DNA of 64,000 bases from an uncultured Actinomycetes bacterium (GCA_963821495.1 CAWGEA010000001.1:323487-387486); one strand, 5' to 3'; counted from the first letter of the stretch, positions 8,754 through 17,850 are shown. Program-made: numbers and translations. The notes: generated by a model not told the origin, from the sequence alone.

Positions 8754-10271
8754 CTACTGAAGCCGTCCGGCGGTCTCTTCGCTTCTGACGAACAGCCAGA
8801 GGCCGAGCGCGGCGAGGCCGCCGTAGCCGGCGACGTCGGTCGGTGTGTCGTTGACGAGGAGCGAGACCGCGAGCGCTGCGAGGTAGGCGTCGAGGAGCGC
8901 GAACCGCGGTCGCTGAAGCGCCAGGACGACGAGCGCGGCGATCCCGAGCGCGAACAGGAGCGCGGCGTACCAGGTCGACGTGACCGCAGCCGCCGACAGG
9001 TGGAGGCGGTGGCCCAGGTCGCCGAGCACCGAGCCCGGGCCGCCGCCGACGGCGTCGGTGACGTGGCTCGAGCCCCCGGTCGCCGCGTCGACCCCGACCA
9101 GCAGGAGCGCAACTCCGGCCGCGACGGCGACCGCGGCGACGGCCCGCGCGGCCGGAAGGCGCCTGAGCCTGAGCCAGAGGACGAGATAGCCCGTGAGGTA
9201 CACCACGAGCCCACCGCCGTCGGCGCCGATCCGGCTCGCGGCGATGCCTGCCGCAACGAGGAGCGCCACGGCCGGGAGCGCCCGGCGCCCAGCGAGCGCG
9301 CCGAGGACGAGCGCCGCGGGCAGGAGCAGCGTCTCGACCTGGTTGGTGACGCCGTAGAAACGCCCGCCGCCGTCAGGGTGCGGCCCGATCACCGCGAGCG
9401 CGTTCCAGGCCGGCTTCGCCCACATGACGGCGAAGAGCAGCGCGAAGAACACGCCCAGCGCGAGGCCAAGCGGCAGCCGCGGCCGGAGGAGGAGCCCGCC
9501 TGCGACGGAGGCCGCCGTCCCGGCCAGCGCGACCGCGGTCACCGCGTGGGAGGGCGCCGAGATGCCCGCCGCGCTCGCCGCGACGGCTGCGCCGATACAG
9601 GCCGGGGGTGCGAGGAAGGCGGCGCGCGCAGCTGCGGCGCTGCGCATGAGGAGTGCGAGCAGCGACAGCGCCAGCATCAGCACCACGAGCACGATCGTCG
9701 CGCCGACACGCGAGTCGTGCGCCCGGTCGAGCCGCCGGTCGAAGCGAGCGAGCCGGCCGAGCGGGTCGCCTTCGTCCTGCGCACGGATGCGCGGTCGCCG
9801 GCCGCGCTCGAGCGCGCGCACCGACGACGCGACGTCGGCGATCGAGATCAGGCCGGGTAGGCGCGTCGAGGTGTCGGTCAGCAGGCCTGTGTAGCCAGGC
9901 CCACGGACCGCGACCGGATAGCGATCGACGTTGTGGTGCCGGCCCGGCGGTGGGAGCGCCACGAAGAACGTGGCGCCGGCCGGCCGCCGCGAGAGCGAGA
10001 TCAGGGGCTCGCCCCCCGGGAGGCCGCCGTCGACGATCGCGTTGCCCATCTTGCCTCGCACGAGCGACGCGAGGGCGCCTTGCCTGGTGACGGTCGCTCC
10101 TTCGCCGACGACGAGCAGCCCGTGCGCGACGTCGGGCGACCGGAAGATCGCGGCCGACGCGGGCCTGACGACCACCGCGACGCGCTGCGACGGCGCCGCG
10201 GCCGCTGGATCGCTTCCCGCGGTGGCCACGATCCCCAGGGCTACAATCGAAAGGAACCTTCTCGCCTTCAA
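8754..10271 (-). CDS. hypothetical polytopic membrane protein with N-terminal extracytoplasmic domain
   Basis: A signal-like N-terminus follows TTG 10271 (KARRFLSIVALGIVATAGS). An approximately 150-aa soluble segment is followed by about 9 to 10 hydrophobic helices. High GC3 throughout. Start is uncertain because it lies only 15 nt from the divergent htpX. Confidence 0.6.
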   Translation of the reverse strand: MKARRFLSIVALGIVATAGSDPAAAAPSQRVAVVVRPASAAIFRSPDVAHGLLVVGEGATVTRQGALASLVRGKMGNAIVDGGLPGGEPLISLSRRPAGATFFVALPPPGRHHNVDRYPVAVRGPGYTGLLTDTSTRLPGLISIADVASSVRALERGRRPRIRAQDEGDPLGRLARFDRRLDRAHDSRVGATIVLVVLMLALSLLALLMRSAAAARAAFLAPPACIGAAVAASAAGISAPSHAVTAVALAGTAASVAGGLLLRPRLPLGLALGVFFALLFAVMWAKPAWNALAVIGPHPDGGGRFYGVTNQVETLLLPAALVLGALAGRRALPAVALLVAAGIAASRIGADGGGLVVYLTGYLVLWLRLRRLPAARAVAAVAVAAGVALLLVGVDAATGGSSHVTDAVGGGPGSVLGDLGHRLHLSAAAVTSTWYAALLFALGIAALVVLALQRPRFALLDAYLAALAVSLLVNDTPTDVAGYGGLAALGLWLFVRSEETAGRLQ

Positions 10272-10286
10272 GGGGGCCGATTCTCG

Positions 10287-11204
10287 ATGAAACGCAAGGC
10301 TTATGGTCGCGACGCGGGCCTGTCGCTGCGGATGCTGTTCACCGGCTCGTTGCTGGGACTGCTCTACGTCCTGTTCGCGGTCGCGCTGTTCTACGTGCTG
10401 AACGCGGGGCTCGTGCTGATGGTCGTGATCGTCGGCGTGATGGCCTTCTTCCAGTACTTCACCTCGGACAAGCTCGCGCTGAGGGCCTCCGGCGCGAAGA
10501 TCGTCAGCGCCGAGGAGGCACCGCAGCTGCACGACATGATCGAGCGCCTCTGCGGGATGGCCGACCTGCCCAAGCCGCGCGTGGCGGTGATCGAGAGCGA
10601 CGTGCCGAACGCGTTCGCCACCGGCCGCAGCAAGAAGCACGCGGCCGTCGCGGTCACGACCGGCCTCTGGAACCGGCTCGAGCCGAAGGAGGTCGAGGGC
10701 GTGCTCGCGCACGAGCTCTCCCACATCGCGAACCGCGACGTGCTGGTGATGACCGTCGCCGGCTTCTTCGCGATGGTGGCGGCGCTGCTGACGCGCTTCG
10801 GCCTTTACGGAGGCATGTTCGGCGGCTTCGGCGGCAACCGCGACAACAACAACTCGGTGCCGGTCTGGCTGATCGTGCTGGTGGTCTCGATCGTGACCTA
10901 CTTCCTCAGCCAGATCCTGATCCTCGCGCTCTCGCGCTATCGCGAGTTCGCGGCCGACCGCGGCTCCGCCTTGATCACGGGCGCGCCCGAGTACCTGATG
11001 AGCGCGCTGCAGAAGATCGCGAGCGGCATCACCCAGATCCCGCAGCGCGACCTACGCGAGGTCGAGGGCATGAACGCGTTCTTCATCGTCCCGACGAACT
11101 GGCGTAAGGCCGCGGGCGGGCTGTTCATGACGCACCCGCCGCTCGAGAAGCGCCTGGCCGCCCTCGCCGAGATCTCGCGCGAGATGGGCCGCCCGGTCGC
11201 CTAG
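10287..11204 (+). CDS. htpX: zinc metalloprotease HtpX (M48)
   Basis: HELSHIANRD zinc motif, 4 TM segments, EFAADRGSA, and C-terminal THPPLEKRL. Confidence 0.92.
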   Translation: MKRKAYGRDAGLSLRMLFTGSLLGLLYVLFAVALFYVLNAGLVLMVVIVGVMAFFQYFTSDKLALRASGAKIVSAEEAPQLHDMIERLCGMADLPKPRVAVIESDVPNAFATGRSKKHAAVAVTTGLWNRLEPKEVEGVLAHELSHIANRDVLVMTVAGFFAMVAALLTRFGLYGGMFGGFGGNRDNNNSVPVWLIVLVVSIVTYFLSQILILALSRYREFAADRGSALITGAPEYLMSALQKIASGITQIPQRDLREVEGMNAFFIVPTNWRKAAGGLFMTHPPLEKRLAALAEISREMGRPVA

Positions 11205-11214
11205 CCGGTCGCCG

Positions 11215-11793
11215 TTGGGCCTCCGCGACGTTCTCTTCGGTCGGAACAAGCTCAAGGACGCCGCGGGCGAGCGGTTGTTCGCGATCTCGACGGCGCGGAT
11301 CACGCTGGAGACCGAGCTCGAGCTGAAGCCCGCGGGCGCGGCGGGCGTCTGCTTCAAGTCCCTCTCCGCCGGCGAGTTCGTGCGCGCCGAGAACGAGCTG
11401 CAGGAGCTGCTCGACTCGGTCGCGGTCGAATCGGGATCGAAGGTCGAGCGTCGCTCGGACGAGTACGGCTTCGAGTGGCTGGTCGTGCGCGACCAGGACT
11501 TCGAGGACCTGGTCACGAGCGTGCATCTCGTCGCGTCCGAGCTGGAGGCGCGGGGTTTCGGGCCGCAGCTGCTCGCGGCGGTGTTCCCGTTCGAGGGGAA
11601 GGGCTTCGACGGCGGCCGCGTCTACTGGATCTACGGCTTCAAGCGCGGAGCGTTCTGGCCGTTCGTGCCGAAGGGCGAGGGGAAGGAGCGCGACAACGCC
11701 GAGGAGCTCGAGCTGAAGGCAAAGCTCGAGCGGGAGCTTCCGATCGAGGACGACCTCTCGCGTTGGTTCGGCGTGTTCGACGCGCCCCTCTGA
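11215..11793 (+). CDS. PspA-associated protein PspAB-like
   Basis: Soluble 192-aa protein starting GLRDVLFGRNKLK. It lies 10 nt downstream of htpX and convergent with pspA-pspAA. I recall this architecture from published Psp comparative genomics; family assignment is from memory, not from a search. Confidence 0.7.
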   Translation: MGLRDVLFGRNKLKDAAGERLFAISTARITLETELELKPAGAAGVCFKSLSAGEFVRAENELQELLDSVAVESGSKVERRSDEYGFEWLVVRDQDFEDLVTSVHLVASELEARGFGPQLLAAVFPFEGKGFDGGRVYWIYGFKRGAFWPFVPKGEGKERDNAEELELKAKLERELPIEDDLSRWFGVFDAPL

Positions 11794-11904
11794 GCCGCAG
11801 TCGGGAACACGCTGCAAGAACGTTCCGGTTTCGTCACGGGTGCGTGGCAGACACGTGCGGCCTCCGCGGGTACGCTCGCAGCGGGCGGCGGGTGGACCTG
11901 CACT

Positions 11905-11921
11905 CCCCACCCAGGGTGGGG
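11905..11921. terminator. GC-rich palindrome between convergent genes (CCCCACCC-A-GGGTGGGG)
   Basis: Perfect 8-nt inverted repeat read in the sequence. It lies between the pspAB and pspAA stops. No T-tract. Confidence 0.35.
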
Positions 11922-11940
11922 CCGCGCGCGCGTGAACCTG

Positions 11941-11988
11941 TACAGCGGCGCGGCTCGGAGCGTTTACAGAGGCGCTGCTCGGAGCGTT
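11941..11988. repeat. 2 x 24-bp tandem direct repeat (22/24 identical)
   Basis: TACAGCGGCGCGGCTCGGAGCGTT is followed by TACAGAGGCGCTGCTCGGAGCGTT. The second unit ends in the pspAA stop codon. Confidence 0.7.
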
Positions 11989-12277
11989 ACCGGCCGGGCA
12001 GGTCGGGGATCAGGCCTTCGCCCTCGAAAAGCTCACGCGCCTCCTCGAGGCTCAGGTCATCAGGGGGCACGATCGCCTCCGAGGGCGAGAGGTCGTCGTC
12101 CGGCAGTCGTGCGCCGTTCGTCCGCACGGCCTCGGCCATCCGGTGCAGCAGCTCCGAGAGCCGCGCCTCGTCGCCGGCCCGGAGTGCCTGCTCGGCCTGC
12201 TCGTCGATCTCGTTCAGGCCCTTCGCGACCTCGTCGTCGACCTCGAACTGCCCTTCGCCCATCACGCGCACGATCAT
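11987..12277 (-). CDS. PspA-associated protein PspAA-like
   Basis: 96-aa acidic protein starting MIVRVMGEGQFEV. Its ATG overlaps the pspA stop (ATGA). Confidence 0.75.
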   Translation of the reverse strand: MIVRVMGEGQFEVDDEVAKGLNEIDEQAEQALRAGDEARLSELLHRMAEAVRTNGARLPDDDLSPSEAIVPPDDLSLEEARELFEGEGLIPDLPGR

Positions 12278-13002
12278 TGCTGCAGCTCCTTCTTCGTCTC
12301 GCCGCTCCCGACCTCGGCCTTCATCTGCTCGAGCTCCCGGTCGACCTGCGACTGCGACGCGATCGCGCCCAGCTCCCGGTCGAGCTGTGTCTGGTCGGTG
12401 GTGAAGTCCTCGAGCGCGCCGGATGTCGTCAGCTCGTCGATCGCCGACGCGCGCGCCTGCATCTGGTCGGTCTTGTCCTTCGCGCGCTGGATCGCTAGGC
12501 CCGTGTCGGCCATCTGCTCGCCGATCCCGGTGGCCGCCTCACCGATCCGCACCTGCGCCTCGGCGGCCGAGTACTGCGCCTTGATCGTCTCCTTCTGCGT
12601 CCGGAAGGCCTCGACCTTGGCCGAAAGCGCCTTCTCGCTCGCGACGAGCTTCTCCTGCTGCTGCTGGAGCTGCTGCGTCTGCTGGTCGAGCGATTGCAGC
12701 TGCTGCTGGAGGCCGGACTTCCGCTCCAGGGCCTGCCGGGCGAGATCTTCGCGGCCCGCCGCCAGCGCTTCGCGTGCCTGCGCGTCGAGCTTCACCAGGC
12801 TCTGCTGGAGCTGGGCCTCCTGGAGCTCGAGCCGCTTCTTCGCGGTCACGACGTCGGCGATGCCGCGCTTGACGTTCTGGAGCAGCTCGAGCTGCTTCTC
12901 GTACGAGTAGTCGAGGGTCTCTCCGGGATCCTCGGCTCGGTCGAGCAGCTTCGACAACTTCGACTTCACGACGAGCGACGCGCGTGACATCAGGCCGGCC
13001 AT
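12274..13002 (-). CDS. pspA: PspA/IM30 family protein
   Basis: Long coiled coil typical of PspA (DPGETLDYSYEKQLELLQNVKRGIADVVTAKKRLE...). ATG at 13002 is preceded by GAGGAGGA. Confidence 0.92.
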   Translation of the reverse strand: MAGLMSRASLVVKSKLSKLLDRAEDPGETLDYSYEKQLELLQNVKRGIADVVTAKKRLELQEAQLQQSLVKLDAQAREALAAGREDLARQALERKSGLQQQLQSLDQQTQQLQQQQEKLVASEKALSAKVEAFRTQKETIKAQYSAAEAQVRIGEAATGIGEQMADTGLAIQRAKDKTDQMQARASAIDELTTSGALEDFTTDQTQLDRELGAIASQSQVDRELEQMKAEVGSGETKKELQQ

Positions 13003-13047
13003 TCGTCCTCCTCTGGGAGCGGGGCGCCTAGCGTAGCGACGCGGCAA

Positions 13048-13078
13048 CGAAGAGGCCCCGCCAGGCGGGGCCTCTTCG
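13048..13078 (-). terminator. intrinsic-terminator-like hairpin after the 1531-aa gene
   Basis: Perfect 13-bp stem CGAAGAGGCCCCG / CGGGGCCTCTTCG with a 5-nt loop, 20 nt downstream of the stop at 13099. Confidence 0.6.
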
Positions 13079-13098
13079 CGCTACCGGTGGTGCCGGAG

Positions 13099-16000
13099 CT
13101 AGTGGTCCGGCCGGTTGGTCACCCGAATCCCGTTCAGGATCGGGTCACCCTTCGCCTGCCGGCTGGCAAGCTGGACGCTGACCTCGCCGCTCGCAGGGAC
13201 GTTCACGAACAGCGACCTGTCGAGCGCGAAGTTCGGCCCGACGAGCGCCGCGATGTCGAACGCGATCAGGTACGGCGCGCCGTTCACGACCACGTCGAAC
13301 TGACGCTTACCCGGCTTCTTGTTCTCGATCTCGGCGAACCTGAGCTCCACCTGGTAGGCGCCGGCGGGCAACCCGGTGAAGCGATACGTCATCGGGGTGA
13401 CCCGTGCGGTCTGGTAGAGCTTGTCGTCGGTCGTCCCACCGATCGCCGCCTTGGTGCTGACGGTCTTCGGCGGAGACTGGACCCAACCCGACCCGTTGGT
13501 CGGTGTGTAGGCCCGGTCGGCCGACCACAGATCGCCGGCCCCGTCCGTGTAGTCGCCGTTGCCCGAGTCGAACGCCTGCTCGTACGCCGGCACGATCAGC
13601 CGTACCGGAACCGAGAGGTTCGGCTGACGCCCGCTGTCCGTGCGGAACGTCAGCGTCGCCTGGTAGACGCCCGGAGCCATCCCGTGCGTGTCGACCGTCA
13701 CCTGGACGTTCGTGGAGCCGCCCGCGGGGACGATCCCGCTGGTCGGGCTCTCCGACAGCCACGGCACGTCGCTGAAGGCGGGCACGCCGCTGTCGACGAG
13801 GTAGGCGGTGTTCGGGGTCTGCCCGATCATCCACAGGTTGCCGTCCTCGTTCATCTCGAGCCCGGCTCCGTTGAAGAACGGGTTCGGATGGTTGAGCGTG
13901 CTGACGGTCGCGCAGGTGGTCGGGTCGACCCGGTAGATGGTGTCCGTCGGGCTGTTGGTGGCCATCCAGACCTGACCGACGGCCGGGTTCCAGGCGAGGC
14001 CGGAGATGTTCGGGTCAGCAGGGCTGCACTGCCCGAGCACCGCGCCCGGCGTCGCGTGCGAGAAGCCGGCGACGTGGTACAGGATGCCTTCGTTCCAGCC
14101 GCCGACGTAGAACGAGTCGTCGTCCGGCCGGTACGCGAGGCCGCGCTGGGAGATGCCCGTCCAGGCGAAGCCACCGGTGATGCTCCTGGTGGTCGCGCCC
14201 GAGTTGGTATCCCAGCAGTGGATGCCGTTGTCGCCGCCGACGTCCAGCTGGCACATCTCGTTCGCGCCGACGGGTGCCATGTCGGCCGGCCAAGCGCCGG
14301 CCCACGGTGTCGTGTAGGCCGTGCCCGTGGGCGTGCCGTCCACGAGGAACTCGTGGTTCAGGCACGTCGGCCCGCAGACGCCGCTGTCGACGTCCGACAG
14401 CCAGACATGGCCGGTGTAGCCGACGCCCCAGCCCAGCGGGAGGCCGGTCGACCACTGCCGGAGCACGTCACCCGGTGCGCCCGGCTTCGGCGCGGCCGGT
14501 GCCTTGCCGCCGTACAGGCCCTGCGTCGTCCGTGAGTTCGGGTCGAAGCCCGGCTTCTTCGTGAGGCTCGACCTGGACGGCAACGCAGCGCCGCCGCCGG
14601 ACTCCTTGACGTCCCACGTCATCGGCAGCCCGCCGGTGTTGCTCAGCGTGAGCGTCCTGGTCCGGGTCTGGCCGGCCGGGACGATGAACTCGAGTGACGT
14701 CGGGCTCACGGCTCCGCGTGGTGTCCGGAGCGCGAAGTCCTTCGTCACCGTGGCGTCCACGGCGATCGTCGCCGAGGCCGTCGCGGTCTCGTAGTTCGTC
14801 TTGCTCGCTTCGATCGTGTAGTCCCCGACCGGCAGCTGGATCCGGTAGAAGCCGGTGCCGTCCGTCGAGGTCTGCCGCACGACGTTGCCGCCCTGGAGCG
14901 CCTTCACCGTGGCTCCGCCGAGCGCGGCGTGGTCGTTCGCGTCCGTTACGTGGCCCTGCACGAAGCCGGACGGCGGCAGCAGGTAGCGGATCGCGTAGTT
15001 GGGGCTCCCGATCGCGGCCTCGTTGAACGAGTACTGGAGCGCATCCGTGCCGCTCTCGTTCTCGATCCCGAGCGTGGCCGAGTTGCCCTGCTCGCGTCCG
15101 TCTGCGGCGATGTTGCGGTAGTTGGTGAGGATCTGCCCGTTCTCGTAGAGCGTGACCTCGAAGTCGACCCGCCGAGACGAGTCGCCGAAGTAGGTCGCGT
15201 TCCGCCACTCGATCGTGAACCGGTTCGGACTCGACTCGGTGTTGGTCCACATCGAGGACGAGCCGTCGATGATCAGGTCGTCCCAGTACGGGTAGATGCC
15301 GGCGTTCGGCGTTACCGTGCTCGGGATCGACGAGTTCGAGAAGATGCAGTTCCCGGCCAGGAACGTGATGTAGCCGTTCGTGCACACGTTCGCTGTGCTG
15401 TAGCTCTGTCCGTAGAGGCTGAACGCGAACGGCAGGCTCACCGAGGTGAAGCTGTCGTCGCCGGACAGTGCCAGCGGAGTGTCACCCTCGGTGTAGCTCG
15501 GGGTCTCCACCCGGCAGAAGTAGCCGAACGCGTCGTGCCGTGCGGCCAGCGTGAAGTCGTGCGTCGTGTTGCCGGAGACGGTCACCGAGTCCGTCGCGGG
15601 CGAGGTGCAGTTGCCCGCGGTGGCGGTGACGTTGTACGTCCCGTTCGGCACCGAGGCGAAGCTGTAGTGCCCGCTCGCGTCGGTCGTCGCCGGCGGGATC
15701 GGAGTGCCGTTGATCGTCACCGTCGCGTTGGCGATCGGGTTCGCGGAGCTGTCGCTGACGGTGCCGCTGAGCGATCCGGACGGGGCCGCGACGAGCGCGA
15801 AGTCGAGCGTCGTCGTGTTGCCGTCGGTGATCGAGGCAGGCTGGGTCTGCGGCGTGTAGCCGAACTGGCTGGCGGTGACGTTGTAGCTCCCGACCGGCAG
15901 CGTCAGCGAGTAGTGGCCGGTCGCGTCGGTCACCGTCGAGGCCCCGAGCGGAGCGACGTTGATCTGCGCCCCGGAGAGCGGAGCGTTCGTCGACGAGTCG

Positions 16001-17694
16001 GTGACGGTGCCCGCGAGCGTGCCGCTCGGGGCGGAGGTGCACGAGGGGAACTTGAAGTTCCCGATCCGCGTGCGCCAGTTGAAGCTGGACGTCACCTGGT
16101 AGTACTCCTGTGTGTACCAGAAGGTGCAGTCGTCCACCGGGTCGACGGTCATGTCGCTGTAGTCGCCCCAGCGGCTGACGGTGTCGGTCTGGCTGCCGGT
16201 CCCGTCGAAGAGGTGCGCCTCGCCCTGGGCCAGGGTGTTAGCTGGGTCGCTGGCCAGGCGTCCCGCGTAGCGGATCTGCGGGTTGATGGTCGCACTCGAG
16301 GCGCTGAAGCCGAGCGCGAGGTCGCCGTTGCCGTCCATTGCGGCGCTGCCCATCCAGCGCCAGGTCGAGTCGGGCTGGTAGGTGCTCTGCTGCACGAAGC
16401 CCGGCGTGCCCGAGGTCGCGTTGTTGACCTCGAACCAGCGGATGCCCGCGACCCCGCCGGAGGCGACGGTCATGTTGCCGACGAGCGCTTCGTGCCCGTC
16501 GCTGAAGTGCCGGTAGGCGGACCGGAACATCCCGCGGTCGCCGAGCGTGTCCAGCACGTCGCCAACGCCCAGCTGCGGCACGCAGGCGCCGCCGCCGCCG
16601 CAGATGGCCGAGAACGGATCCGGCGTCAGCGTCCCGCCGAGGTTGAAGGTCGAGTTCCCCGGGGTGGTGAAGTCGACGTGGAAGCGGTGCAGCGGCCACG
16701 TCGAGTTGAGCCCGACCGAGAGGAACGGGTTCGGTGCGCCGGCCGGCGGCGGGATCGAGCCGTCGAGATCGGCCGGCATGTAGCCGTCATCGGTGGGTGC
16801 ACCCATGGCCGTGGCGATGAAGGTCGCCGGGTTCCCGGCCAGCATCTGGGTGCGGTCGAGCGCGAACGCCTGCGGGCCGAGGAACGCGGTGCCCGACGAG
16901 TTGAAGACGTTCATGCTCATGTAGTAGGCGTCCGGCCACACCCCGAGCTTCGGGTAGTCGAAGAAGTTGCTGCCGAGGTGGAACGCGTACCGGAAGTACG
17001 AGCCGGCGGCATCGGTCCCTTGCGAGACGGCGACGCATTCGTCCGTCGGGATGCTCGTGCCGGCGAACTGGGTGATCACCCAGCGGTTGGCGAGCTGGTC
17101 GTAGAGCGCGACCGGGTCGCCGAAGCCGCTCGTCTCGCAGACGCCGCCGAAGCCCTGCCAGAGGGTGGTGATCGCCACGGGCCCGAAGACCGAGCTCCCG
17201 GTCGACTTGTCGAAGACCTGGAAGCCCGTGTTGACGATCTGGACGTACTGCGACAGCCCTACCTCGCCGTTGGTGTCCGGCGGCGCACAGTTGCAGTTGA
17301 CGCCGGGGAAGGGGATGCCGTCGAAGTTCAGGATCGCCGACGGCATGTTCGGCGCGGCGAGGCTGCGCTGAACCGAGCGATCCTGCTGGTCACGATGCTT
17401 GATGTTGAGCGCCGGATTGGGATTCGCCTCCGTGTGCTCCTTCGTGGGCCCCATCGGGAGCGCGGGCATGCGCCGCAGCGAAACCGTGGAGTCGTTGTGG
17501 TACGAGTGCCCGACCCAGACGTCGCCTGCTTTCTGCAGCGCCGGGCCGGTGTCGCCGGCCGAGTTGGCGGCCGTCTTGCCGGAGCCGATGGGCGATCCGC
17601 CCGCGAGCACCATGCCCGCTCCGACCGAGAGCACGAGAACGACGAAGCCGACGAGCAGCACCCCGCCTCTCGCGAAGGTCCTACGTTTACGCAT
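13099..17694 (-). CDS. 1531-aa secreted multidomain protein: propeller-like N-domain, three CarboxypepD_reg-like repeats, NIDO-like domain, second propeller-like region, C-terminal malectin-like domain
   Basis: Signal peptide MRKRRTFARGGVLLVGFVVLVLSVGAG. Three repeats of the G(T/S)(L/V)xGxVxD...DxxGxYxxxxPxGxYxVxAS type. RWGDYSDMTVDP propeller motif. The C-terminus (YQTARV...YQVELRFAEIE...FDVVVNG...VSVQL) is malectin-like. RBS GGGGGAGGG precedes ATG 17694. Confidence 0.9.
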   Translation of the reverse strand: MRKRRTFARGGVLLVGFVVLVLSVGAGMVLAGGSPIGSGKTAANSAGDTGPALQKAGDVWVGHSYHNDSTVSLRRMPALPMGPTKEHTEANPNPALNIKHRDQQDRSVQRSLAAPNMPSAILNFDGIPFPGVNCNCAPPDTNGEVGLSQYVQIVNTGFQVFDKSTGSSVFGPVAITTLWQGFGGVCETSGFGDPVALYDQLANRWVITQFAGTSIPTDECVAVSQGTDAAGSYFRYAFHLGSNFFDYPKLGVWPDAYYMSMNVFNSSGTAFLGPQAFALDRTQMLAGNPATFIATAMGAPTDDGYMPADLDGSIPPPAGAPNPFLSVGLNSTWPLHRFHVDFTTPGNSTFNLGGTLTPDPFSAICGGGGACVPQLGVGDVLDTLGDRGMFRSAYRHFSDGHEALVGNMTVASGGVAGIRWFEVNNATSGTPGFVQQSTYQPDSTWRWMGSAAMDGNGDLALGFSASSATINPQIRYAGRLASDPANTLAQGEAHLFDGTGSQTDTVSRWGDYSDMTVDPVDDCTFWYTQEYYQVTSSFNWRTRIGNFKFPSCTSAPSGTLAGTVTDSSTNAPLSGAQINVAPLGASTVTDATGHYSLTLPVGSYNVTASQFGYTPQTQPASITDGNTTTLDFALVAAPSGSLSGTVSDSSANPIANATVTINGTPIPPATTDASGHYSFASVPNGTYNVTATAGNCTSPATDSVTVSGNTTHDFTLAARHDAFGYFCRVETPSYTEGDTPLALSGDDSFTSVSLPFAFSLYGQSYSTANVCTNGYITFLAGNCIFSNSSIPSTVTPNAGIYPYWDDLIIDGSSSMWTNTESSPNRFTIEWRNATYFGDSSRRVDFEVTLYENGQILTNYRNIAADGREQGNSATLGIENESGTDALQYSFNEAAIGSPNYAIRYLLPPSGFVQGHVTDANDHAALGGATVKALQGGNVVRQTSTDGTGFYRIQLPVGDYTIEASKTNYETATASATIAVDATVTKDFALRTPRGAVSPTSLEFIVPAGQTRTRTLTLSNTGGLPMTWDVKESGGGAALPSRSSLTKKPGFDPNSRTTQGLYGGKAPAAPKPGAPGDVLRQWSTGLPLGWGVGYTGHVWLSDVDSGVCGPTCLNHEFLVDGTPTGTAYTTPWAGAWPADMAPVGANEMCQLDVGGDNGIHCWDTNSGATTRSITGGFAWTGISQRGLAYRPDDDSFYVGGWNEGILYHVAGFSHATPGAVLGQCSPADPNISGLAWNPAVGQVWMATNSPTDTIYRVDPTTCATVSTLNHPNPFFNGAGLEMNEDGNLWMIGQTPNTAYLVDSGVPAFSDVPWLSESPTSGIVPAGGSTNVQVTVDTHGMAPGVYQATLTFRTDSGRQPNLSVPVRLIVPAYEQAFDSGNGDYTDGAGDLWSADRAYTPTNGSGWVQSPPKTVSTKAAIGGTTDDKLYQTARVTPMTYRFTGLPAGAYQVELRFAEIENKKPGKRQFDVVVNGAPYLIAFDIAALVGPNFALDRSLFVNVPASGEVSVQLASRQAKGDPILNGIRVTNRPDH

Positions 17695-17828
17695 CGAGCA
17701 ACCCTCCCCCTTGGATTGACCAGAAACGGCACCCCTTGCCGTCGAGCGATTCTCGTGCGACGGGGGAAGCCCCAGCAATGGACCGCCGGGGCCAACTTGG
17801 GTCTAGGCGGCCTGCGGAGGATCTACAC

Positions 17829-17850
17829 CCTGGTCTACAGACCGACCAGG
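17829..17850 (-). promoter_or_regulatory. 7-bp inverted repeat spanning the LuxR-type gene stop (CCTGGTC-N8-GACCAGG)
   Basis: Read directly in the sequence. It could be a weak terminator or attenuator between the regulator and the 1531-aa gene, or an operator. Confidence 0.25.

Noticed and set aside
8327-9256. Upstream 310 codons of ORF 7127..9256 fused to serS
   Set aside because: It overlaps the cytochrome c and membrane-protein genes in other frames. SerRS similarity begins exactly at the TTG at 8326.
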